From the sequence record DRR723986_5691: a stretch of 20,000 bases of DNA; one strand, written 5' to 3'. The stretch's first letter is position 1. Every line of letters starts with the position of its first letter. Below the pieces are notes generated by a model. That model was given only the letters and a program-made list of their open reading frames with translations. It searched no databases and was not told the DNA's origin. Below, one piece after another: positions 1-7,789 of this stretch. Both the position numbers and the translations under genes were made by a program.

Positions 1-158
1 ACATCCAGGCGACCGGTTTCGTCGAACACCTGAAGCTGCCGCATTACGTCGATTTCCAGGCCGAACTCGATCTGGTGCGCCGGATGCGCGGCGAATGGTT
101 CGAAAAACGCCGCCAGGAAGAAGAAGAGGGCAGCACCGCCCAGGAGGCGGCGGAATGA
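1..158 (+). CDS. phnI: C-P lyase complex subunit PhnI, 3' end (partial)
   Basis: Frame from nt 3 reads IQATGFVEHLKLPHYVDFQAELDLVRRMR...EAAE*, the conserved PhnI C-terminal HLKLPHYVDFQAEL motif; TGA 156-158 overlaps the next ATG. Confidence 0.93.
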   Translation, partial: IQATGFVEHLKLPHYVDFQAELDLVRRMRGEWFEKRRQEEEEGSTAQEAAE

Positions 159-583
159 GCAGCGGACTTAGTCATATGACGTTCATCGTCAGTGATCTCG
201 ACAGGATGACGAACCTGCTGACGACGGTACTTGGAGCCCGGGAAGTCTACTCCAGTGAAGAGGCCACCTTTTCCCTCTCCCAGGAAAAGTTCTTTCTGGT
301 CGGTGACGTCTGGATCGCGATCATGCAGGGCGAAGCCCTGAACGAGCGCACCTACAATCACGTGGCTTTCAAGATCGAAGAGGAAGACTTCGACACGAAG
401 CTGGCAGCCGTCGAGCGCCTTGGCCTGGAAGTCAAACCACCACGCGCCCGCGTCGAAGGTGAAGGCAGGTCCATCTACTTCTACGACAACGACAATCACC
501 TGTTCGAGTTGCACACCGGAACGCTGGACATGCGCCTCGACCACTATCGCCGGATACTCAGGGAACGGAGTGCTGCGCAATGA
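155..583 (+). CDS. fosX: FosX-family fosfomycin hydrolase (VOC superfamily), 142 aa
   Basis: MSSGLSHMTFIV...FSLSQEKFF...RTYNHVAF...RARVEGEGRSIYFYD..NHLFELHTGTL. His7, His69, Glu118 (metal ligands) and Glu44 (general base) fall at FosX positions. ATGA overlaps at both ends; SD GGAGG upstream. Confidence 0.92.
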   Translation: MSSGLSHMTFIVSDLDRMTNLLTTVLGAREVYSSEEATFSLSQEKFFLVGDVWIAIMQGEALNERTYNHVAFKIEEEDFDTKLAAVERLGLEVKPPRARVEGEGRSIYFYDNDNHLFELHTGTLDMRLDHYRRILRERSAAQ

Positions 584-1509
584 ACGATACGGCTCAGATT
601 TTCGAACAGGGCGAATACAACTTCGCCTATCTGGACGAGCAGACCAAGCGCATGATCCGCCGGGCAATCCTGAAGGGCATCGCGATACCGGGTTACCAGG
701 TGCCTTTCGCCTCGCGCGAAATGCCGATGCCCTATGGCTGGGGCACCGGCGGGGTGCAGGTCACGGCGGCAATTCTGGGCAAGGACGATTGCCTGAAGAT
801 GATCGACCAGGGCTCCGACGACACCACCAACGCGGTTTCCCTGCGCGGTTTCTTTGAAAAGACCGCCGGCGTGCGCACCACCTACGAGACATCGGAGGCA
901 AGCGTCATCCAGACCCGCCACCGGATTCCGGAAAAGGCCCTGCGCGAAGACCAGATCATCGTCTTCCAGGTGCCGATTCCCGAGCCCCTGCGCTTCCTGG
1001 AGCCACGCGAAACCGAGACCCGGAAGATGCATGCGCTCGAGGATTACGGCCTGATGCATGTGAAGCTTTACGAGGATATCGCCAAGAACGGCCATATCGC
1101 CACCACCTACGCCTATCCGGTGAAGGTCAACGACCGCTACGTGATGGATCCTTCGCCGACGCCGAAGTTCGACAACCCGAAGATCGACCAGATGGCGGCG
1201 CTTCAGCTTTACGGTGCCGGGCGTGAGAAACGCATCTACGCCATCCCGCCCTACACCAAGGTGAAGAGCCTCGACTTCGAGGACTATCCTTTCGAGGTGC
1301 AGAAGTTCGACAAGCCCTGCGGCCTGTGCGGTGCGGAGAATGTCTATCTCGACGAGGTGATCCTGGATGACAAGGGCGGGCGCATGTTCGTCTGCTCCGA
1401 CAGCGACTATTGCGAGGAACGGCGCGCGGACGGTCATCTCGGCCCGATGGCGGCGGATCCGGCGGCGCACCAGTTCGGCGCCACCCAGGCAGAGGAGACC
1501 GCCCGATGA
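580..1509 (+). CDS. phnJ: Alpha-D-ribose 1-methylphosphonate 5-phosphate C-P lyase (radical SAM) PhnJ
   Basis: YNFAYLDEQTKRMIRRAILK, REMPMPYGWGTGG, and Cys cluster CGLC-x21-CSDSDYC. Confidence 0.97.
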   Translation: MNDTAQIFEQGEYNFAYLDEQTKRMIRRAILKGIAIPGYQVPFASREMPMPYGWGTGGVQVTAAILGKDDCLKMIDQGSDDTTNAVSLRGFFEKTAGVRTTYETSEASVIQTRHRIPEKALREDQIIVFQVPIPEPLRFLEPRETETRKMHALEDYGLMHVKLYEDIAKNGHIATTYAYPVKVNDRYVMDPSPTPKFDNPKIDQMAALQLYGAGREKRIYAIPPYTKVKSLDFEDYPFEVQKFDKPCGLCGAENVYLDEVILDDKGGRMFVCSDSDYCEERRADGHLGPMAADPAAHQFGATQAEETAR

Positions 1510-2294
1510 ACGCCTTTCCGTCCGCGGACCCGCTGCTGCAGGTTCATAACGTCACCCGCTACTATGGCGACCGCATCGGCTGCGCCGATGTCTCCTTCGA
1601 TCTCTGGCCCGGCGAAGTGCTGGCCATCGTCGGCGAAAGCGGCTCCGGCAAGACCACATTGCTCAACTGCCTGTCGACACGTCTCGCCCCGACGGCGGGA
1701 GCCATCGAATACCGCATGCGTGACGGCACCATGCGCAACCTCTATCAGCTGACCGAGGCCGAGCGCCGCCTGCTGATGCGCACCGACTGGGGGTTCGTGC
1801 ACCAGAATGCTGCGGACGGGCTGCGCATGAACGTTTCCGCTGGTGCCAACGTCGGCGAAAGGCTGATGGCGGTTGGCGAGCGCCACTACGGCAACATCCG
1901 CTCCACCGCCGACGACTGGCTGGGACGGGTGGAAATCGACAGCGACCGGATCGACGACGATCCGCGCTCGTTCTCCGGCGGCATGCGCCAGCGCCTGCAG
2001 ATCGCCCGCAACCTCGTCACGAGACCACGGCTGGTCTTCATGGACGAGCCGACAGGCGGTCTGGACGTTTCCGTGCAGGCACGTCTTCTCGACCTCTTGC
2101 GCCGTCTGGTGGCCGATCTCGGACTTTCCGTGGTCATCGTCACCCACGACCTTGCGGTCGCCCGGCTGCTGTCCCACCGGATCATGGTGATGCGCCACGG
2201 CAACGTCATCGAAAGCGGCCTGACGGACCAGGTTCTCGACGATCCGCGCGAGCCCTATACCCAGCTGCTTGTTTCTTCCATTCTCCAGGTATGA
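1506..2294 (+). CDS. phnK: C-P lyase ABC-type ATPase PhnK
   Basis: Walker A GESGSGKT, RRLLMRTDWGFVHQ, FSGGMRQRLQIARNL, MDEPTGGLDVSVQARLLD; ATGA overlap with phnJ. Confidence 0.96.
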   Translation: MNAFPSADPLLQVHNVTRYYGDRIGCADVSFDLWPGEVLAIVGESGSGKTTLLNCLSTRLAPTAGAIEYRMRDGTMRNLYQLTEAERRLLMRTDWGFVHQNAADGLRMNVSAGANVGERLMAVGERHYGNIRSTADDWLGRVEIDSDRIDDDPRSFSGGMRQRLQIARNLVTRPRLVFMDEPTGGLDVSVQARLLDLLRRLVADLGLSVVIVTHDLAVARLLSHRIMVMRHGNVIESGLTDQVLDDPREPYTQLLVSSILQV

Positions 2295-2302
2295 GGACCG
2301 AA

Positions 2303-3007
2303 ATGCCCGTACGCCTCTATCTCAACAACGTCGGCAAGTCCTTCACCATGCACCTGCAGGGCGGAACCGTCATTCCCGTGGTCGAGAAGGTCGAATTCTC
2401 GGTGAATTCCGGCGAATGTGTCGTCCTTGGCGGCCCCTCCGGCGCCGGCAAGAGTTCGATCCTCAAGATGATCTACGGCAACTACCGCTGTGACGAGGGT
2501 CAGATCCTGGTGACGGTTGGCGATGAAATCGTCAACATTGCCGGGGCCGAGCCGCGCAAGGTTCTGCGCCTGCGTGAAGACACGATCGGCTATGTCAGCC
2601 AGTTCCTGCGCACCATCCCGCGTGTTTCGGCCGAAGACGTCGTCGCCGAGCCGCTTATCGCCCAGGGCACCAGCGAGGAAGAAGGCGTCGACAAGGCCCG
2701 CTCCCTGCTGTCGCGGCTGAATGTGCCCGAGCGCCTCTGGACCCTGCCGCCCGCCACGTTCTCCGGCGGCGAGCAGCAGCGCGTGAACATCGCCAGGGGG
2801 TTCATTGCCCATTATCCGATCCTGCTGCTGGATGAGCCAACGGCCTCTCTCGACGCTGCCAACCGGGCCGTGGTCGTGCGTCTGGTGGAAGAAAAGAAAA
2901 CCCAGGGCGTTGCCATGGTGGGCATTCTTCACGACCAGGACGTCCGGGAACAGATCGCCGACCGCATCATCGACGTGACCGGTTTCAGCGCGGAGGCAGC
3001 CGCCTGA
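2303..3007 (+). CDS. phnL: C-P lyase ABC-type ATPase PhnL
   Basis: KSFTMHLQGG, GPSGAGKS, YVSQFLRTIPRV, PATFSGGEQQRVNIARGF. Start placed at 2303 (SD GAGGA); ATG 2291 is an alternative. Confidence 0.95.
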   Translation: MPVRLYLNNVGKSFTMHLQGGTVIPVVEKVEFSVNSGECVVLGGPSGAGKSSILKMIYGNYRCDEGQILVTVGDEIVNIAGAEPRKVLRLREDTIGYVSQFLRTIPRVSAEDVVAEPLIAQGTSEEEGVDKARSLLSRLNVPERLWTLPPATFSGGEQQRVNIARGFIAHYPILLLDEPTASLDAANRAVVVRLVEEKKTQGVAMVGILHDQDVREQIADRIIDVTGFSAEAAA

Positions 3008-3044
3008 GCCACGAGATGAGGAAAGGCTTGCAGACGGGCGGAAA

Positions 3045-3062
3045 CTGTCACAGAAAAGTCAC
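3045..3062 (+). promoter_or_regulatory. Pho box (PhoB-binding site)
   Basis: CTGTCAC-AGAA-AAGTCAC: two 7-mers at 11-bp periodicity resembling CTGTCAT-N4-CTGTCAT, in the only large gap of a phn cluster. Confidence 0.7.
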
Positions 3063-3153
3063 CGCCCGCCTTTAGGTCACTCCCTCAGAAAGTTGAAGGA
3101 TGTGGCCCTGCCACATCCCGGCCAAACCACATTTCAAAATCGCGATTTTCTTC

Positions 3154-3903
3154 ATGCGCTACGCCCTCTATTTCGCCGCCGATGCCGACGACCGCCTGAT
3201 GCAGCTCGGAAATTCCTGGCTCGGGCGCGATCCCTTTTCCGGCACGGCCCTTCCGCAACCGGAGCTGCCCGGAATGACATCGACACGCTTCCAGGAGTTG
3301 ACGACCGACCCCCGGCGCTATGGATTTCACGGGACCTTGAAAGCCCCGTTTTCGCTTGCAGCCGATCAGACCGAGGCAGCACTGCTGGACGCCTGCGCAG
3401 CATTTGCGGCAGAAATCGCCCCTTACGAGATAGAAGCGCTCGGCGTGAACAGGCTTGGCCGTTTTCTGGCACTGACCCCTGAGGCAGAAGAGCCGGCCCT
3501 GCGCGCCTTCGCCGGCCTGTGCGTGCGTCGCTTCGAGCCGTTCCGCGCACCACTGTCAGAGGCGGATCTTGAGCGCCGCCGCAAGAGCGGACTGTCGGAA
3601 AGGCATGACACCTATCTCGTCAGGTGGGGTTATCCCTATATCTTCGATGAATTCCGCTTCCACCTGACCCTTTCCAACAAACTGGAAGACGACACCGACA
3701 TGGAGTGGATGGCAAATGCCGCCCAGGACCACTTTGCGGATGTCATCGGCAAGAAGCGGCTGTGCCGCCACGTTGCGCTCTACACCGAAGCCGAACGCGG
3801 CGCGCCTTTCCAGGTCCATACCGTCTTTCAGCTGACCGGCAGCGTCGCTCCCGCCGACGCGCTCAGCGAGGCCGAGCGTCTTTCCCAAGAGGAATCTGCA
3901 TGA
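3154..3903 (+). CDS. DUF1045 phn-associated protein, 2H-phosphoesterase-like (putative cyclic phosphodiesterase)
   Basis: MRYALYFA...WLGRD, PRRYGFHGTLKAPF, WGYPYIFDEFRFHLTLS (two HxT motifs); lies between phnL and phnM. Confidence 0.88.
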   Translation: MRYALYFAADADDRLMQLGNSWLGRDPFSGTALPQPELPGMTSTRFQELTTDPRRYGFHGTLKAPFSLAADQTEAALLDACAAFAAEIAPYEIEALGVNRLGRFLALTPEAEEPALRAFAGLCVRRFEPFRAPLSEADLERRRKSGLSERHDTYLVRWGYPYIFDEFRFHLTLSNKLEDDTDMEWMANAAQDHFADVIGKKRLCRHVALYTEAERGAPFQVHTVFQLTGSVAPADALSEAERLSQEESA

Positions 3904-5045
3904 GCAAGCATCCCAAAGTCTTCAAGAATGCCAGTCTGGTTCTCGCAGGCGAAGTGTTCGACGGTTCCCTGACGGTCGATGATGCCGGTCTGATTTCCGG
4001 CATCGGGTCACCGACCGAGGTCGACGGACATGATTGCGAAGGCGACTACCTGCTGCCAGGCCTGGTCGAACTGCACACCGACCACCTGGAAACCCACTAT
4101 GCGCCACGTCCCAAGGTGCGCTGGAGCCCGGTTTCCGCCGTGCAGGCCCACGACGCCCAGATCGCGTGTTCAGGCATCACCACCGTGTTCGATGCGCTGC
4201 GCGTCGGTATGGATGAAGACGCGGACCTTGGTTATTCGGATATGCGCGCGCTTGCGGATGCCATTGAAACCGGCCAGCGGGAAAACCGTCTGCGTGCCGA
4301 CCATTTCATCCACCTGCGCTGCGAGGTATCCGCACCCGACGTGCTCAGCGCCTTCAAGGTGTTCGAGGACGACGACAGCATCCGCCTGATCTCGCTGATG
4401 GATCACACCCCCGGTCAGCGCCAGTTCGTGTCGATGGATGCCTACAAGATCTATTATCAGGGCAAGAAGGGCTTCACCGACGCCCAGATGGACGACTTCA
4501 TCCGCAAGCGCCAGGCGCGGGCCAGCAGCCTCGCCCCTGAAAACCGCAAGCACCTGTCGGCCATCGCCCAATCGCGCGGCATTGCCATCGCCAGCCACGA
4601 CGACGCCACTACCACCCATGTGGAAGAGGCGATTTCACTGCAGACGAAAATCGCCGAGTTTCCAACCACGCTGGAAGCCGCCAAGGCATCTCACGAAGCC
4701 GGTATGGCCGTTTTGATGGGGGCGCCGAACGTCGTGCGCGGCGGATCACATTCCGGCAATATCTCGGCGAAGGCGCTTGCCGAAGCGGGCGTTCTGGATG
4801 TGCTCTCCTCGGACTATGTGCCGATTTCGCTGCTGCAGGCTGCGTTCCAGCTGGCAGCAGAGGTCGAGGCGATTGCCCTGCCACAGGCAGTCGCCATGGT
4901 CACGGCAACGCCAGCGAAGGCCATTGGCCTGCAAGACCGCGGCACCCTGGAACCCGGCCTCAGGGCCGATCTCATTCAGGTGAAAATGGTTGGTGACATC
5001 CCGATCGTGCGCGGTGTCTGGCGCGAGGGCAAACGGGTTGCCTGA
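3900..5045 (+). CDS. phnM: Alpha-D-ribose 1-methylphosphonate 5-triphosphate diphosphatase PhnM
   Basis: PGLVELHTDHLE, HLRCEVS, SLMDHTPGQRQF, ASHDD, GAPNVVRGGSHSGN, LSSDYVP; ATGA overlap with DUF1045. Confidence 0.96.
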   Translation: MSKHPKVFKNASLVLAGEVFDGSLTVDDAGLISGIGSPTEVDGHDCEGDYLLPGLVELHTDHLETHYAPRPKVRWSPVSAVQAHDAQIACSGITTVFDALRVGMDEDADLGYSDMRALADAIETGQRENRLRADHFIHLRCEVSAPDVLSAFKVFEDDDSIRLISLMDHTPGQRQFVSMDAYKIYYQGKKGFTDAQMDDFIRKRQARASSLAPENRKHLSAIAQSRGIAIASHDDATTTHVEEAISLQTKIAEFPTTLEAAKASHEAGMAVLMGAPNVVRGGSHSGNISAKALAEAGVLDVLSSDYVPISLLQAAFQLAAEVEAIALPQAVAMVTATPAKAIGLQDRGTLEPGLRADLIQVKMVGDIPIVRGVWREGKRVA

Positions 5046-5058
5046 GGCTGGCTCCGAC

Positions 5059-5616
5059 ATGACAGAAAAACTCGGCCCCGGCCGCATGGTGCTCGTAGTC
5101 GGCCCGAGCGGGGCCGGCAAGGACACATTGATGGCCGCGCTCAAGGCCCGTCTGGCGGGCCGGACGGACGTCAGCTTCGCCCGGCGAGCGATCACCCGGC
5201 AGGCCGATGTCGAGGCTGAGGATCACGACACGCTTTCGCGCGCCGAATTCGATCAGCTGAGAGCGGCCGGAAAGGTTGCCCTGTGCTGGGAGGCCCACGG
5301 GCTCGGCTACGTCATCCCGCAAAGCTACGACCAGGCAATCGAAGCAGGCGCAACCGTGATTGCCAATGGCTCGCGCAAGGTCTTGAAGCACGCAGAGGAC
5401 AAGTACCACAACGCCAGCGTTCTGCTGATCACCGCGCCGGTCGAAGTCCTCGCCGAACGCCTTGCCGCACGTGGCCGCGAAAGCAGACAGGAGATAGAGG
5501 AACGGCTGCGCCGTGCCGACCTTGAACCGGAAAACGTCGCCAATCTGATCCGCATTGAAAACACCGGCACGGTGGAGGATGCGGTCGACAGGATGGTCGC
5601 CGCACTCGGCCTTTGA
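5059..5616 (+). CDS. phnN: Ribose 1,5-bisphosphokinase PhnN
   Basis: VVGPSGAGKDTL, RRAITR, WEAHGLGY, NGSR, LAERLAARGRES..IEERL.RA. Confidence 0.94.
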   Translation: MTEKLGPGRMVLVVGPSGAGKDTLMAALKARLAGRTDVSFARRAITRQADVEAEDHDTLSRAEFDQLRAAGKVALCWEAHGLGYVIPQSYDQAIEAGATVIANGSRKVLKHAEDKYHNASVLLITAPVEVLAERLAARGRESRQEIEERLRRADLEPENVANLIRIENTGTVEDAVDRMVAALGL

Positions 5617-5634
5617 CCTCAACCGTGCCCGTCT

Positions 5635-5985
5635 CTAGTCCGCAAAAGCGCTCTGGACGGCCTGACTGAAAATCAGGGCCCTGGCATCCAGTGCGTCCTG
5701 ATGATCTCCGTCGAACGCGTGAACCATGGTGCGGAACTGTTTTGCTTCTTCGCCCAGTTCGGGCTCCCCGACCGCCCGACGGAGATGGATCAGGGCGTGT
5801 TCGTGCCTGACCACAAGGTCTGCCAGATGGAGGGCGGAACCGATCATGTAGGCCCGATACTGCAGGCGTTTGACATGATCGAGCCTGTGAACATCCGGTT
5901 CCTGCAAAAGCTGCCAGAATCCGATGACATTCCTGCAAGCGGTGCGCATCAGGCGACCGCATTTCTCTTCGTCTGACCGGGACAT
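5635..5985 (-). CDS. Hypothetical alpha-helical protein, 116 aa
   Basis: MSRSDEEKCGRL...QSAFAD with GAGG SD upstream of ATG 5985; fills the gap convergent with phnN; no motif recognised. Upstream in-frame starts exist to 6117. Confidence 0.6.
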   Translation of the reverse strand: MSRSDEEKCGRLMRTACRNVIGFWQLLQEPDVHRLDHVKRLQYRAYMIGSALHLADLVVRHEHALIHLRRAVGEPELGEEAKQFRTMVHAFDGDHQDALDARALIFSQAVQSAFAD

Positions 5986-6205
5986 GCTTGCCTCGCAAGA
6001 TTCGCCTCGACCATTCAAGCGTAGCGCTACACCCGGAAACTGCAATGAACCAGAAGAGTCATGACGCGTCATTACACGCCCAGATTCATTGATTTCGAAA
6101 TTATTGTTTTTGGACAAAGATTTGTGCGGTGGATTGCAGCCGGAAAAAATTCATTTCAAGGCCAGAGAATACAACCATAGGGTAGAACTTTGGTTCACAT
6201 CCGGG

Positions 6206-6745
6206 TCAACTGGCGCCCGCAGCGATCGCTTGATTGATTTTCAAACCCGCATTCACGGCGTGATAGATCGGGAAAGGTGTGCGTTGTGACAGGTCGATGT
6301 CCCGCCTCAACCACTCCTGCTCTTCCAGAACACCAAGGGACTTCGACAGTGCCCGGTCCGTAACTGGCCCGAGGTCCGACTTGATCGCCGAAAACCGGCT
6401 TGGCGCCCCGGTTACGGCCAGGATAGGCACCGTCCAGCTGCGTCGCAGTACCGAAAAGGCATCCTCGTTCGGAACGATCTCCTCGATCCGGCTCGCCATG
6501 GTAGCAACAGCCTTGCCTTTGTCCGTCAGCCGAAACTCGGGCCGCAGGGGATGGCCGTGGCCGGGGTTCCGCTCCAGCAGTCCAAGCTGGAACAGATGTT
6601 CAAGGCTTGCTGCAAAAGAGCTGCGACTCGCCCCTGTCGCCGCGATCAGCGGGGCTTGCCGACCGGAAACACCTGCATGCAACTGAGCCAGAATTTTCAG
6701 CGACCAGGCTTTGGATGTGAGGTTGACAAGAAGCTGCATATTCAT
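6206..6745 (-). CDS. Transcriptional regulator with two tandem HxlR-like winged-helix domains
   Basis: Two repeats of the HxlR pattern: KAWSLKIL...LEHLFQLGLLER...EFRLTDKG and RSWTVPIL...RFSAIKSDLGPVTDRALSKSLGVLEEQEWLRR...PIY. Confidence 0.82.
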   Translation of the reverse strand: MNMQLLVNLTSKAWSLKILAQLHAGVSGRQAPLIAATGASRSSFAASLEHLFQLGLLERNPGHGHPLRPEFRLTDKGKAVATMASRIEEIVPNEDAFSVLRRSWTVPILAVTGAPSRFSAIKSDLGPVTDRALSKSLGVLEEQEWLRRDIDLSQRTPFPIYHAVNAGLKINQAIAAGAS

Positions 6746-6749
6746 ATTT

Positions 6750-6762
6750 TATAGCTACTATA
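6750..6762. promoter_or_regulatory. Candidate operator palindrome in divergent promoter
   Basis: TATAG-CTA-CTATA in the 40-bp AT-rich gap between the regulator and the VOC gene. Confidence 0.35.
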
Positions 6763-6785
6763 CTTTTGATACATAGGAAAGTCTC

Positions 6786-7157
6786 ATGTCTGTCGTTTCT
6801 CTGGATAATACGATCACTCTCGCCCTCTCCGTTCGCGACAGGCATGCAAGTGCCGACTGGTACGCGGAAAAGCTCGGATTCGAGTTGCTCTATCATATGG
6901 ACGACGCTGGCTGGAGCGAGCTGGCAACCCGGACCGAAGGCGTGACCCTGGGACTGGGCGAACAGTCTGAACCAACGCCCGGAAACACGGTTCCCGTCTT
7001 CGGCGTGGCCGATATCGCAGGTGCCCGCAGTGCGCTGGAAGGGGCCGGTGTCAAATTCGACGGAGCGACGGAGACCATCGAAGGCATGGTCAGCACCGCA
7101 ACCTTCTACGATCCCGATGGCAACGCGCTCATGCTTGCTCAGGACCTGTCCAAATAG
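6786..7157 (+). CDS. VOC family (glyoxalase/bleomycin-resistance-like) protein
   Basis: LSVRDRHASADWYAEKLGF...VFGVADIAGARSALEGAGVKF...FYDPDGNALML; SD AGGA upstream. Confidence 0.9.
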   Translation: MSVVSLDNTITLALSVRDRHASADWYAEKLGFELLYHMDDAGWSELATRTEGVTLGLGEQSEPTPGNTVPVFGVADIAGARSALEGAGVKFDGATETIEGMVSTATFYDPDGNALMLAQDLSK

Positions 7158-7196
7158 GCGGTTCACAAGGAACAGCCCCCCGAAGAACATCGGCAC

Positions 7197-7220
7197 ATCC
7201 GGTCGGGCGTCCGACCGGAT
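7197..7220 (+). terminator. Stem-loop downstream of VOC gene (possible terminator)
   Basis: ATCCGGTCGG-GCGT-CCGACCGGAT perfect 10-bp stem; no clear U-tract. Confidence 0.4.
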
Positions 7221-7420
7221 ACTGTCTGCAGAGGGTTTTCGCAAACATCCAAGGCACGAATTTACGATCTGACAGGCAGCACGCGACAGAAATACGTCAT
7301 ACTTCCCAGAGGAAGTTGACGAATGAGGCAAAGGAATAGTCGACACAAAATCTTTGCATTGCCAGAATAGTCGACTACTCTCTTATTCTTGATCTCATTC
7401 TGAAAATCGAGTTCTGCGGC

Positions 7421-7789
7421 ATGCCTGCGACATTGTTTGAAAAGTACGGCGGCTTCGGGTCGGTGAGCCGCATCGTAATGACCTTTTACGACAAGGTTCT
7501 CGATTCCGAAGAGATCGGTGACTTTTTCGACGACGTCGACATGACCCGCCTGATCGATCATCAGACCAAGTTTATCTCCTACCTGTTGGGCGGGCCGGTC
7601 AGCTACTCGGAAGAGCGGCTGAGGCGAACCCATGCCACCCTTAACCTGAAAAACGAGGACTTTGACGAAGTTGCACGTCTCCTGCGCGAGACGCTGGTGG
7701 AACACAAGTTCGACCCTGCAGACATCAAGTCCGTGATGTCGGCAATCGAAGCGCGACGTTCCGCAATTCTTTCAACCGGTGCGACATGA
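7421..7789 (+). CDS. Group I truncated haemoglobin (2/2 globin, GlbN-like)
   Basis: TLFEKYGG (A-B Gly-Gly), FY (B9-B10 Tyr23), FF (CD1 Phe36), HQ (E10/E11), LLGGP (E-F Gly-Gly), proximal His71 in LRRTH. Confidence 0.92.
   Translation: MPATLFEKYGGFGSVSRIVMTFYDKVLDSEEIGDFFDDVDMTRLIDHQTKFISYLLGGPVSYSEERLRRTHATLNLKNEDFDEVARLLRETLVEHKFDPADIKSVMSAIEARRSAILSTGAT

Noticed and set aside
95-154. Upstream extensions in the ORF track (fosX from 95; likewise phnK 1410, phnM 3705, phnN 4990, imelysin 14561, irpA 17363)
   Set aside because: They overlap upstream genes or promoters; downstream ATGs have SD sequences or stop/start coupling and family-typical N-termini.
544-2932. Long minus-strand ORFs (308, 254, 225 aa) opposite phnJ/K/L
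   Set aside because: Mirror frames caused by codon bias of conserved phn genes.
7252-7266. Sigma-54-like AGGCACGAATTTACG upstream of the globin
   Set aside because: No GC at the -12 position (GG-N10-GC not satisfied).
7389-7402. FNR/FixK-like TTGAT half-site before the globin
   Set aside because: Second half (ATCAA) absent.
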